NCBI RefSeq assembly: GCF_000143415.4
Contig: NW_003314266.1
Span: 2,684,414 to 2,748,413 of the forward strand
Direction: 5' to 3'
Length of the DNA stretch: 64,000 bases
Source of the DNA: Selaginella moellendorffii
Lineage: Eukaryota; Plantae; Lycopodiophyta
In this document: positions 24,389 to 36,267 of the stretch, piece by piece
How the letters are laid out: each line of letters starts with the position of its first letter
How positions within the stretch are numbered: the first letter of the stretch is position 1
Position numbers and translations under genes: made by a program
The notes under the pieces: model-generated
What the model was told of the DNA's origin: nothing
Databases searched by the model: none
What the model saw: the letters and a program-made list of their open reading frames with translations, nothing else

Positions 24389-27002
24389 ATGGATTCGAAG
24401 AAAATGTCGGCGTCGCATCGGCGGAAATGTGGGCTCTTGAAGCACCAGCTTCGTCTCGTGAGGCGGAAAGATTGTGATCGATACGAGGTAGCGCCGATTG
24501 CCGATTCACTCTCTTTCGAGAAGGGGTTTTTCCTTTTCATCCGAGCATGCCAGCTTCTAGCTCAAAACATGGAAGGGGTGATTTTGGTTGGCCTAGCCGG
24601 ACCATCTGGTGCTGGCAAGACGGTCTTCTCTGAGAAAGTTGGGAGCTTCATGCCGGGGATTGGCACGATTTCTATGGACAATTACAACGACTCCAGCAGA
24701 GTTATAGATGGGAACTACGATGGTCTGAGCTTCTTTCTCTCTTTCTTTTGTCTAAACCTTTTTTTATGTCGTTGCAGATCCTCGGCTCACTGACTATGAC
24801 ACATTGCTCGACAATCTTCAGAACCTTCGAGCTGGAAATTCGGTGGAAGTTCCTATATATGACTTTAAGATCAGCAAGAGAGTGGGATACAGGTAAGTTT
24901 TTTCGGAGTTGCTATTGTAAAACGAAGCATTCCAGGAAGCTTGATGTCCCTTCTTCTCGAATTGTGATCGTTGAGGGAATTTACGCGTTGAGTGAGAAAC
25001 TCAGGCCTCTTCTTGACTTGCGGGTATCAATCACTGGAGGAGTGCACTTTGATCTCGTAAAGAGGGTCTTACGTGACATAAACAGATCTGGTCAAGAGCC
25101 CGAGGATATCATACATCAGATATCCGAGACAGTAAGATTTCTTGCGTACAAAGTCTGGCTATGAGTTTATTCACGAGTATTTATGTCCTCTTGATCTCAG
25201 GTCTACCCCATGTACAAAGCGTTTATAGAGCCCGACCTCGAGACAGCGCATATCAAGATTGTAAATAAATTCAATCCGTTTTCTGGATTTCAAAACGCGA
25301 CATATATTCTCAAGGTTTGTCCCTGTCGGTTATATTTCCATGCTAATTATCTGGAAGCTTTCGTCAGTCTTCCAGATCTGTAACGGAAGAGCAAATACGG
25401 AACGTTTTGTCGAATGATCACACTGAAACTATCGAAGAAATATATGACATTTATTTACTGCCGCCTGGCGAAGACCCTGAAACATGTCAGTCATATTTGC
25501 GAATGAGGAATAGAGACGGAAAGTATAGTCTCATGTTTGAGGTACGTACGTCTAGGAGTCGAAGGCTCTTGTTGTTGACGTTCTACCTGCTGGTAGGAAT
25601 GGGTCATCGACGAGCCTTTTATCATATCGCCGCGCATCACTTTCGAAGTAAGTGTACGTCTTCTCGGCGGGTTGATGGCCTTGGGGTATGAAATGGCGAC
25701 AATTTTGAAGAGGATTAGTCATGTCTTTTCGGATGAGAAAGTAACAGTAAAACTTGACCGACTTGAACAGTTCCAGCGAAAATACGTACAGGTTAGACTA
25801 CATAAATTTCATCACATTGATCTCATTAAATGTTCATTTAGGTGCAAGGGAAGGAGAGGTCTGTGGTGTCCGATTGTGGAAGCAAGCTCGGGCTTGACAA
25901 TCACTATGTTCCATGCTCTTATATCGAGCAGATTCAACTCGAAAAGCTAAATTCAGAAATGGTGAGGAAGATCTGTGTTCTTTCTATGTTTGTTTCTTAC
26001 TTTTCCTGGGGTAGGCTTTGCCTGAAGATTTGAAGGAAAAGCTAAGCAACGATACACTGTTACCTAGCCCAACGCCTTCGTTCTCCTGGTTGGCAGAAAC
26101 AAAGCCCGGCATTCGTACTCTTTACAGTCAAAGGTAGCGAATGACAGTCGATGGTATCTTTGCTGTGTTTAAATTTCTATGCAGCTGGACCCGCAATAGT
26201 AGCAACAAAGACATCCCCAGGTAAAATTCTACGACACTGGAATGCTCATTATCTCAAGCCGAGTCTTTCGCAGAGAACCTCTTTTTATGTCGCGTAAAGG
26301 ACATAATGGTAAGAAGTCCCAACATCTGTGGATAGAGGCCAATGGGAAGAAGGAGGAACCCGAGCCTCAGTCCCACATAGTAGACGATCAGGTAACTGAA
26401 TGTCTCACAAGTTTTCTTCTCAAGCTCGACTGACTTGGTTTCAGGATCAAGTACGTGTCTCGGAACAAATGGCTAGCATAAACGAGCGCTTAGACGAGGT
26501 GTTGTCCCGGTTAGTAGAGCTGGAATCGAAGCTACCAGCGGCCGTGACCACCAGCGTGTCGATCCAAAGGCAGAATTCGGCGTTCGTAGGCTCGTTTGGA
26601 AGCAATGGTCCCTCAGCGTTTCTCGCAAACGGGAACGCAAACGGGCACTCATCTCCCTCCGTGCCTCTACTGCAATCTAGCTCCGAGGCCTACATTCTAG
26701 AAGAGGTAAGTTTGTCTACTTGGATGGTTTCATGGTCCTGGACTTAGCGTGCTTTCTTCCAGATCAAAATTCTTTCGCGAGGCCAGCGGCACTTGGCCAA
26801 TCAGCTGGACATGCTGAGCAATCTCATGCACGAGAAGTATAGCTCGAGCAAGAAGAAGAGCGCAAAGGCGAGGTTTAAGGCTGCGCTGAGAAACATGAGA
26901 ACGAGCAGCGCGGGGCTGGCCTCGGCCGCGGCTGCGGCAATGGGATTGACGACGCTGGCCGCAGTGGTCGTGGTAAAGTTTTGGAGAAGATCGTCCCTTT
27001 GA
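24389..27002 (+). CDS. TTM: Triphosphate tunnel metalloenzyme TTM1/TTM2-like (uridine-kinase P-loop + CYTH + C-terminal tail anchor), multi-exon
   Basis: LSFEKGFFLFIRACQLL, VGLAGPSGAGKT, GGVHFDLVKRVLRDI, YDIYLLPPGEDPETCQSYLRMRNRDGKY and SYIEQIQLEKL; C-terminal TM followed by KFWRR. Confidence 0.93.
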
Positions 27003-27338
27003 TCAGAGAGAATTCTAGTCGCATTGATCTAGAAGAACAGTTCTCTATCTAGAGGAGTGATCCAGCGAGCGAAGATTTTCTATGAAGAACGATCCACGAG
27101 GTGGGAATAAATTATATAGCTTGGGGGAAGTCTGGCCAGTTTTGTCGTAACTACAAATGGGAAATATTTTTAAAGTTAACTAGGGTTCTTCTATAGCTAG
27201 GGTTTGTGGCGATGGCGCGGAGCCATGCAGCGGTGCAAGGGTGAGGAGTTCGCAGCGCATTGCATGGAATCTAGCTCCCGCGAGCGCCCGGGAGTATGAA
27301 TCGGTGGAATAGATCGAGGTAGCGGAGTGGCAGCGGCG

Positions 27339-30300
27339 ATGGAGCTCCAAATGCAGCTCGTTCAAGCAGTCCATGTCCTGAATCACGACATGCTGTCTTG
27401 CAACAGAGTCGCTGCGAATCAATGGCTCGTCCAGTTCCAGCAGACGGACGCTGCCTGGCAGGTCGCCACGGGAATTCTCACAGCGGAGGCGCTTAACATC
27501 CACGATTTCGAGGTGGAATTGTTTGCCGCACAGATTCTCAAGAGAAAGGTATGCTAGCTAGAGTAGAAGAACAGAGTGGAATTTTTCCATCGCGGTTTTG
27601 GTTGTAGATTCACAGTGACATTGGGACGCTGTTGCCTGATGGGAGGCGCGCATTGCAAAATGCGCTGCTTGTGTCGGCAACCAAGCACAGCTCGGGACCC
27701 TCGCAGGTTTGCTTTTCTTATTTCGTTCCTCTCTTGAAGTGTTCTTGTCTTTACAGCTGCTGACTCAAATTTGCCTTGCGCTATCTGCGCTGATTTTTCG
27801 ATCGCCAGAGGCTCGGAGTCTCATACAGCAGCTGTTTGGTCGCTTGTATGAGTTGCAATGCCAAGGCAGCGGGAGCCATGCTGTGCTGGAGCTTCTTACA
27901 GTGCTTCCAGAGGAAGTCACGGAGGAAAAGACTATCGTTGCCAACGTTAATTCAGATCACAGGAGGCAATTCAGTGACGAGGTATGTCTTTCCATCTCTC
28001 TTTCAGTTTCCTCCAACCATTGTTTCATATGGAACAGCTACTTTCGCATTCTTCTTCTGTTCTGAAGTTCTTGGTACATCTCACTGAGAATGAAGCGCAT
28101 TTTTACACTGTAAGGAGCAAAATATTGCGCTGTTTTCTAAGCTGGGTAATATCGATCAAAATGTCTCATGCTAGAGCTGATCGTGACCGTCAAAACAGGT
28201 GCGCATTGGGTGTTTATTGGAAATTGATCAGCTTGCAGTTCCTAGCCATCCTCTTATTGCTTTTGCATTTGCTTGCCTCCAGGTATAAGATTGCAATGTG
28301 ACGGCCTATGATGATAACTCGCAGGTTCGTGAATCCTTTTCGGTTGCCATTGAGGTTCTTGCGGAGCTTATTAATCGGCACGAGGTATACAAATTTTTTG
28401 TTGCAAGTGCCTTTCATAATTCTTCCGTTCAGGTTATACCGCCAGCGGTTGTGCTGCAGATGATCGTAGTGAAAGATACGTTGCTTTTGCCGGCCCTTGG
28501 AACTGGTAACGAAGTTGTTGTCAAAGGCCTCTGCTGGTTGATGGCCGAGCTCGGGCAATCTGTAAGTTATTCCCATCTTCGCTGTTTCGACGACTTTCTC
28601 TTATAGGCACCAGGATTGTTTGCACGAGGAACACCTGATGTTTTGTCTCTTGAGGAGGCGATGTTGGGGTAAGTGTTTATGCTTTATAGGTTTTAACTGG
28701 TCGAAGCTTCGCAGATGTACTCGGTTTCAAAGCTCAAATTGGGAGGTAGCTGAAACAAGCCTTCCGTTCTGGTAATACCAGCAGAGTAAATAGTCTACCG
28801 ACGTAATTTCTTTGAAGCTCCTTTGCAGGTCCGCTCTTGGTGATTATTTGATTAACCTGGGTTTTGAGAAACAAAGCGGCTTGAGGGCATATATTCCGCT
28901 CTATATTTCTTTATTAGACGCGCTTGTTTTGCGAGTTCAGGTATAGCTTTGGCGCTCATTCAATATCTTAACGTTTTGTTGCACCAGGTCGGTCCGAAAT
29001 CATATAATGAAGATGATATTGATGGGAGTACTGGCTTGCCCGACAGTTTAGCACAATTTCGAATAAATCTGGAGGAAACAACAACGACTGTTTGCCGACT
29101 CCTAGGACCAACTCAGTACGTAACTCAGGTTTGTTAGTTTGTCGTTCCGGTATCTTGCTTATGTTATGGGTTTTGCAGCTTCTCAGTCAGATTACTTTAG
29201 AACTCCCAGTTTTGTGGCAAGTTATAGAGGCACAATTCTTTTTGCTCTATGCTGTAAGAGTGTTTTTGTTTCTTTCGAGCCGTTTCATATACTACTGTAT
29301 CCAGGCCTCCGAAGCTATTTTGGACGGACCAGCATTGGATCTTTCCAGCCTTGTAAATGTTTTCCTAGCCATAAGTGAGGAAAGGCCGGAGACGGTAGCT
29401 GGATAGGACCTGGTATTTCTTTCCTGCTTTGTGATGTCGTCACTAACGTTGAAACTGTTCANNNNNNNNNNNNNNNNNNNNNNNNNNNNNNNNNNNNNNN
29501 NNNNNNNNNNNNNNNNNNNNNNNNNNNNNNNNNNNNNNNNNNNNNNNNNNNNNNNNNNNNNTACATCTATTTCTTGACTTTAACTTTGAGCTTGTTACAG
29601 ATCATTTTTGGCCTCGGGGCTCAGTGCACCATTGGCGGCAAGTGCATGCGCAACTGCGTTAAGGCGAATATGTGAAGAGGTTCTGCAATGGCGAGTGACC
29701 CCGCTAATCTGGAGTGTCTTCTCTGGATTGGAGAGGTAATAAGATTGTCAGGCACTAGCTTTAATCAGCTTTTCTTTTTCAGGGCTTGCACAATTTTAAG
29801 TTGTCTCCCAAGGAGGAGGAGGAGGTTTTATGTGCTATTGGACGCTCCTTGTCCATGGTCACAAGCAGTGCAGTTTTAAATGATGCATTGCACAGGCTTT
29901 TGAAGCCTACATATGACCCTTTGAAAGAACTTGTGAGTTTCGAGACACACCACCACATATCTAACACCAATTACTTTTGTCCTAGTTGATAGCTGATGTT
30001 GAGAATCGGCTGAAATTTGTCTCGGCTGAAAGTGCAATGTTGCTGGAGTCCAGTGTTCGAGCTCTGCATAGGTACAGATTTTTTTTAGCTTGATGGAATC
30101 TAACTAGCTTTGTCTGCTGTTTTCTAGGCTCGGTACAATTTTCAGTCAATTCCCTGTGCTTAGCTCCTCGTCCGTGATTGGTGAGGAAGTTTTCGTAGGA
30201 ATTTTATCACAGTTTTGGCCTTTGTTGGAACAAATGTTCTCATCCGCCTTCATGGAGAACAACAGTTTAGCAACTGCAGTATGCAAATGCCTCTCCGAGG

Positions 30301-31487
30301 CCACAAAGACCGGAGGTAGCGTTAAAAGTGTTCTCGTTCGTTGTATTGATTGCTCTTTTGAAATGCACAGGACAATGCATACTACCGTTGCTGCCAAACA
30401 TTACAAAATTTTCGAGTGAGAACTTCGTTTCTTTTCAAACCCATGTCTGCTTTCTCAAACTTGGTAAGGGAATTGGTTTTTTTTACTTGATCACTCTTAC
30501 TCTGGCTGTTTGTAGCTAATACTTTAACGGAAGAACACGGTCATCAGAAAGAGTATGCCCCGTTGTTCGTTGAAGTAGCGGGAGTATTTAGTACTGCGGA
30601 CTCGGTGGCGGCATTAAGCTCATCCTACGCTTGTGACAACGAGCCTGACGTGGCGGAAGCGTATATGAATTTTATGTCCACTTTTCTTCGCAACTGTCAC
30701 AAGGCAAGTCTTATCCTTTTCTCGTAGTAAATCACCTGACGCTGATCTGATTTTTGGACAGGGTGTTCTAGCGACTGCAGAATTGCACGTAGAAGCAGCT
30801 CTAAATAGAGCAACTATTTGTTGCACGGTGATGCACCGTGGAGCTGCACTGGCAGCCATGTCCTACATCTCATGTACGTCGTGCTCCTTTGTTGTTCTTG
30901 CTCAAAACGATTTCCTACTCGCAGGCTTGTTGGAGATGGCGCTGTCATCACTCACGGAGAGCGTAGACTGCCCGTTAACAGCCGCGGTCTTGAAAATATG
31001 CACACAATGCGGAGAAAGTATTGTTTCGGGGATGCTGTATGCATTACTTGGACCCTCTGCTATGTCACGGGTAAATTGATCTTCTCACTTTCCTGCAAAC
31101 ACTCCATCTATTTTGTTTTTCCTTCACCAGGTGTACAAAGCGACGACAATACTCCAACAACTGGCAGCTATATGCAACAGTGGGAGCTCCAGAATCGGAT
31201 GGAGTGCCCTTCAGTGCTGGATAGTCTCCGCCGTAAGATAGCTATCCACATCTCCCAGAGAATCATACTTTTCGTTCCAGATTCAAGCACTTCCGGCCGA
31301 GTACTTGAGACATGGTGAAGCGGAGCGCCTGTCTGCGACATGGCTGGAAGCTCTTAGGGCCGCAGCATCAGAGGTGGATGCAGGTAACTCGATCAGACAA
31401 AGAGGCGGAAACGGTGGTCGATCCTTGAAGCGTGTTCTTCGTGATTTTGCCGAACAACACAAAACAAACTTAATCTGTGTCTCGTGA
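27339..31487 (+). CDS. Importin-beta family transportin (TNPO3/importin-13-like ARM/HEAT protein), many exons, spans an assembly gap
   Basis: N-terminus MELQ..AVHVLNHD..NRVAANQWLVQFQQTDAAW, FAAQILKRK, LTQICLALSAL, VLELLTVLPEEV; C-terminus GGRSLKRVLRDFAEQH. GC-AG donor near 30704. Confidence 0.88.
29462..29561. other. Assembly gap (100 N)
   Basis: Run of N inside the transportin gene. Confidence 1.
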
Positions 31488-31742
31488 ATACCACCATGTA
31501 AGTCACAGTTTCTTACTTGGATTTGTATCCTAGAATTGATCGTATCTTTTCTCCAGGAATCACGTAATAGCATTACTTTTTCGGAAAGGACTTTTTGCTA
31601 GAGCTCGTGTAACATAGAAATACCAAGACAGGGCCGTCAGTCTGGTCCTCCGGAAAATAATAAGCATGGCGATTGATGTTTCATATTCTTCTGCTGTTTA
31701 GAAACCGTACAAATAACAGTGTGAATTACTAAAGAAAGGTTA

Positions 31743-31908
31743 AAACACTTGTTATATCTATTCAAACTGAGTTGTGTTAACATGGGCAGCAAAGGTTAGA
31801 ACGTCATGACAAACAGCCATGAAAGAAAACGGCTTTCTCACATGTGGAAACAAAAGAATGAAAAACACTTGCTATATCATTCAAATTGAGTTGTGTTAAC
31901 ACGGGCAG
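31743..31908. repeat. Two imperfect ~47-bp direct repeats
   Basis: AAACACTTG(T/C)TATATC(T)ATTCAAA(C/T)TGAGTTGTGTTAACA(T/C)GGGCAG at ~31743 and ~31863. Confidence 0.75.
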
Positions 31909-32779
31909 TGTATGACAAAGCATTTGATGTTCCCGGAACCCTCTGATTGCTGGACAAAGATTTCTTCATTGAGATCTCCATGCAAGAACATTGTTCCATT
32001 ATTACACAAACTTCTGGATTTCAATTCTTACATAAAAAATAAATTATTCAAAGTTAATTCTTGAGCATAGTAAAAGTTTTCCAAATTGCTTTTGTTGTAG
32101 AAGTGGTGCAGACTCAAGTTACAAAGTTATAAATAAATTCTTGTAGTACACTTTAATATTGTAGTATTGGAAATTTGGATCAACCAACATTAAATTGTGT
32201 TATTTATAGATTTGTTTTTCTAGGTGATTAAGCTTGTTCACATTATTATTTGTGAGGAGATTGGAGAAGAGAATACTGTTAAACAAACATCTTGATATAT
32301 TCTTCACCATCTTTTAGCCTAGAATAAAGAAATTAAAGATGTATACTCCATCATTCTTACAGCTCAAACAGTAACTATATGGTGTTTTATGACTAATCTG
32401 GAGAGTTTGTTAATCTTTTTGTACATCAGGATCAACACATATTACATAGTATTTTTCCACACCTAAAGCTCTTTTGGGATAGACTCCATGAAATTTTTTA
32501 TAATAAATCAAAATTAGTAAAAAAAACTTATTCGCCTTTCTTAATGTCAATACGATGATAATTTTACTATTGTAATTTGTTATTCCCAAAAAATATATGT
32601 TTTATCTAAATCATTTTGCAAGATATAGTAAGCATATTTTGAGAACACTTTAATGAGCTGTATTATTTTCTTGAGCAAATTTTATATTCACATGCTTAAT
32701 AAACAATATAAAACTCACAAGTTCACAAAGGTGGCATGATTTTTTCCCCTCTCCTCCAAGGCTATAGTTGAAAAGCTGA

Positions 32780-33050
32780 GCTTTCTTGGTGGAAGTGGGC
32801 CATTTCCATGGGATCCCAAGGGAGATAGTCTTTGACAAAGACCCTCCTTAGCTTGTTCTGGACATCATTGTGGAAGCTACTTAGGACAAAGTTTAGTTTT
32901 TTGCATACCTACCACCCACAGAGTGACAGGCAAACTCAATGAACAAACCAAATGCTTGAGGTGAGCTTTCTGTGTGGACAAGCTGATATCATGCCTAGTT
33001 TGTTTACATTATGATTGAATCCTCTGCAATCAGCATGACACTGTACATCT
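32780..33050 (+). mobile_element. Degenerate Ty3/gypsy integrase fragment
   Basis: With frameshifts and stops it reads HGIPREIVFDKDP, FWTSLWKLL.TK and YHPQSD.QT..TNQMLE. Confidence 0.7.
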
Positions 33051-33267
33051 ATATGGCTGCAGAGTCTAGGAACAATTCCTTTTCCTACAGGATGTAGCAG
33101 TCTCTTAGTCAGAGGTCAAGGGCCACCTGGAAGAAACATAACCTGGCCAGTGAATGAAGTTCTACACTGATCAAAAGTGCTAGTTTTGCACATTCAGTGT
33201 CAATGAGTGGGTGTATGTATAGTATTGATTTGAGCACCACACATTAGGACAAATAGCTATGGTGAGA

Positions 33268-33848
33268 TGTAGCACATATAATATTTGAATATATGGATTT
33301 TTGGAACTTTAGGGAATAAATAGGGATAAAATAATTTTTAAAGGATCTTTTATTAAACAATTGTATTTTTTTAAATTGGTTTTAAAGGAAGTGTGTTTTA
33401 TATGATATCAGGGTAGTTAAATTTTAAGTAGCCACTTATCAAGTGGGAATCTTACCCCTAAAATTGAAATCATATATGACTACATACTTTGTCTTATAAG
33501 GTATCCACAAATAAAGGTATTTAACATAAGACTGTAGTACAAGTGGATAACTAGTTACTTTACATATAATAATTTATTTATAATGGGAGGATTGATAGAT
33601 TTAGTGTGAAAGTGGAAGTTTTAATTCATCTTAACTTAATAGGGTTTTTAGTCAATAATCAATGAAGATAATGACATATGTAAAGGGGATGTAAATGTAG
33701 TATGTATGATCATGGGATGAGATTTAAATATACTATTACTATAGATTTTTAAAACCTTAGGGGATAAATAAAAATAAAATAACCATTAATATCAAGCAAT
33801 TGCACCATTTTCAGTTGGTTTAAGGGGAAAGAGATAAAGTACATTATA
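33268..33848 (+). mobile_element. TRIM-like short-LTR element, old copy
   Basis: Two ~140-150 bp repeats starting TGTAG (33268, 33696), a decayed PBS TGATATCAGGGT after the first, and a purine tract AAAGGGGATG before the second. Homologous to 48149-48614. Confidence 0.7.
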
Positions 33849-34534
33849 CAAAATTTAAGCTACATCCAAGATATGTTCAAAAGCATTCATTTGTTACTCG
33901 AGGTGGTTTAACATATAGCTTTAGATTTTCAATGTTGTTCAGTGTAAGTTCCTGAATTTGAGTTTTCAAATATATTATACTACTCAAATCCAAAGATGCT
34001 CAACCTTAAGTATCCACCAAGTACTGTTAAAAAATTTATAAGAGTATCCTCCTAAACCCTTAACTAACTAGAAAAGGGAAAATGAGCCACCTATAACTGC
34101 CATAGCTATCACAACCATCCATGGTAGCTACAACTAGAGATCATTATGTCTTCAAAAAATATAATGAATCATATATAGAGTCAAAAGCAACATAATAGCA
34201 AGTCTAATATTTAAATGTTGGGATGGATGGGAGTTATGAGTTGGAACAAAAGGAAGATATATCAAAACTGCATATATCAATAATAAATTATATAATACAA
34301 ACTCATTATTAAAATCTCGTTTTTATGACTTTGACTTGAGTTAAGCTAAATTTGTGAACTTAACTTAATTTTGGTCTACCCCTTTCTAATACAATTCTAT
34401 ATGAGAGTCCATATTAGATAGCTTCTAAATAAAAGTAAGTAGTTTTAATTGAATCAAATCATTATTAAAAACCACTATTGGCAAGATAGAATCAATATAT
34501 AATGATAGTCTTATTTATTCAATTTTTTATAAAA

Positions 34535-35440
34535 TCAATTTGGTTTAGCCCATATAGATTTTTTTTCTACATTATCATAAAGAATTATATGACCACTATT
34601 GCTTACACATAGTGCCATTACCTTCCATATGTTTTTCCAATATATACTATTTGTCCATATAACAATACTTTTATTGTCATATATTACAAGGTTACCATCA
34701 GTTTGCAATCTCAACAAACAACCTTCTCCCTTATTATTTGTTTCAGTTTTCCAAATGGTAATTGGACCTTTAAACAAGATAAGTACACAATTTAATTGCA
34801 TATATAATATATATTCTCCATTTGGTGAGATGAGAAAGTTTCCAGCATATAAGTTAGAAAATGATGAAAAATCATCTATGCTTCTAATACAAACATCCTT
34901 CCATGTACAATCAGTTTTAACTATATTTTTTGATATATAAGGATTATAGTGAGAAGTTTGAGTAGTGGGTATAAATTTTAAAGAACTATTTTGAGCTGTA
35001 TTATAGTTATCATTTTTAAAATTATATAAAATACTAAATGATTCAACAATATATTCAGATATTCCAAAATTTAATATACCATAATCATTTTCTATATGAG
35101 AAGTGTATATAGATTCAAATTTCTTCTTTAACATAGAACCATAATAAGGAGCTGCATATTCAGGAAATATACTACAAAGTAATTTGTAATACCGAGGAAC
35201 ATTCTCTATAGCTAAAGGGGTTAATACTATTTTTATTTCATTATGAACATAAATAATAGAACTTCCAGGCATATATGGAGTTAAATCATTAATTGACTCT
35301 ATTGCAGCTCTTATAGCTCTTAAAATTATATGCTTAGTTGGATCAAAAATTCGATGAGCATTATCCCGTATAATTTCTATTCCAAAAAGTTTTGGAAGAA
35401 AGAAAACCAAAATAAAAAATATAAAGAACTTTTGAAACAT
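34535..35440 (-). CDS. Secreted protein with a C-terminal bulb-type (GNA/B) lectin domain, intronless, very AT-rich
   Basis: Signal peptide MFQKFFIFFILVFFLPKLFG; lectin region LYAGNFLISPNGEYILYMQ..IWKT..CLLRLQTDGNLVIYD..IWTN, including one QxDxNxVxY site. Confidence 0.7.
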   Translation of the reverse strand: MFQKFFIFFILVFFLPKLFGIEIIRDNAHRIFDPTKHIILRAIRAAIESINDLTPYMPGSSIIYVHNEIKIVLTPLAIENVPRYYKLLCSIFPEYAAPYYGSMLKKKFESIYTSHIENDYGILNFGISEYIVESFSILYNFKNDNYNTAQNSSLKFIPTTQTSHYNPYISKNIVKTDCTWKDVCIRSIDDFSSFSNLYAGNFLISPNGEYILYMQLNCVLILFKGPITIWKTETNNKGEGCLLRLQTDGNLVIYDNKSIVIWTNSIYWKNIWKVMALCVSNSGHIILYDNVEKKSIWAKPN

Positions 35441-35942
35441 ATTAAAAATGTTGAAAGATATTCTACCTGTGAAGTCTAATCAAATAAATTTATTGTAATA
35501 GTTACATCATTTCATAGAACTAAAACTCTTTTTTTTCTATTATATATGTGTGATGTGGGTTTACTGATAAGTGTTACATTATCACAGTTAATCTAGAAAA
35601 TTATGTCGTTTATATATAACATGTGAAATCATACTTCTCAATTGTGGCAAACCAATATTTTTAGTAGATAATATGTGTCTTCATGTTGCCATAATGCTCA
35701 CTATAATCAGCTTCATTTATGTAACTTTTAAATTGTGGTCCCAATTCTCTAACACCTAATTTGCCATAATAATATCACCAAATTTGTTATTCTTTGTCAC
35801 TTGCATCCACTTGGCCTCCATGTAGTATATAGCACAACAGCATACCTATCACCTAAAGCTAGCTCTTTCACCAATGAACATAAAGTTTTTAGCTCTATCA
35901 CACAAGTTAAGAGTGGTTATTTTATAATTTTATTCTTGTATG

Positions 35943-36267
35943 ATTATGTTTGAGAGCATTAATATTATATTATTTAATACATTACCTCTACATATTTTTA
36001 TTGAAAGAGGGAAATTTACATTAAGTTAATTTATTTTTAATGTTTACTTCTTAAATATTAAATATTATTAAAAAATTAGATAGGATTGACACTAGTAACA
36101 ATAGTATCTAAATTTTTATATACAATATTATATTTATATTTATAGAATATATATCTAAGATGTAAAAATTAAAAAATAAATTAACTTAATGTAAATTTTC
36201 CTCTTTCAAGAGAAATATGCAGAGGTAATGTATTAAATAATATAATATTAATGCTCTCAAACATAAT
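35943..36267. repeat. Fold-back inverted repeat (arms ~105-115 bp), MITE-like
   Basis: ATTATGTTTGAGAGCATTAATATTATATTATTTAATACATTACCTCT... pairs with ...AGAGGTAATGTATTAAATAATATAATATTAATGCTCTCAAACATAAT. Confidence 0.85.
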
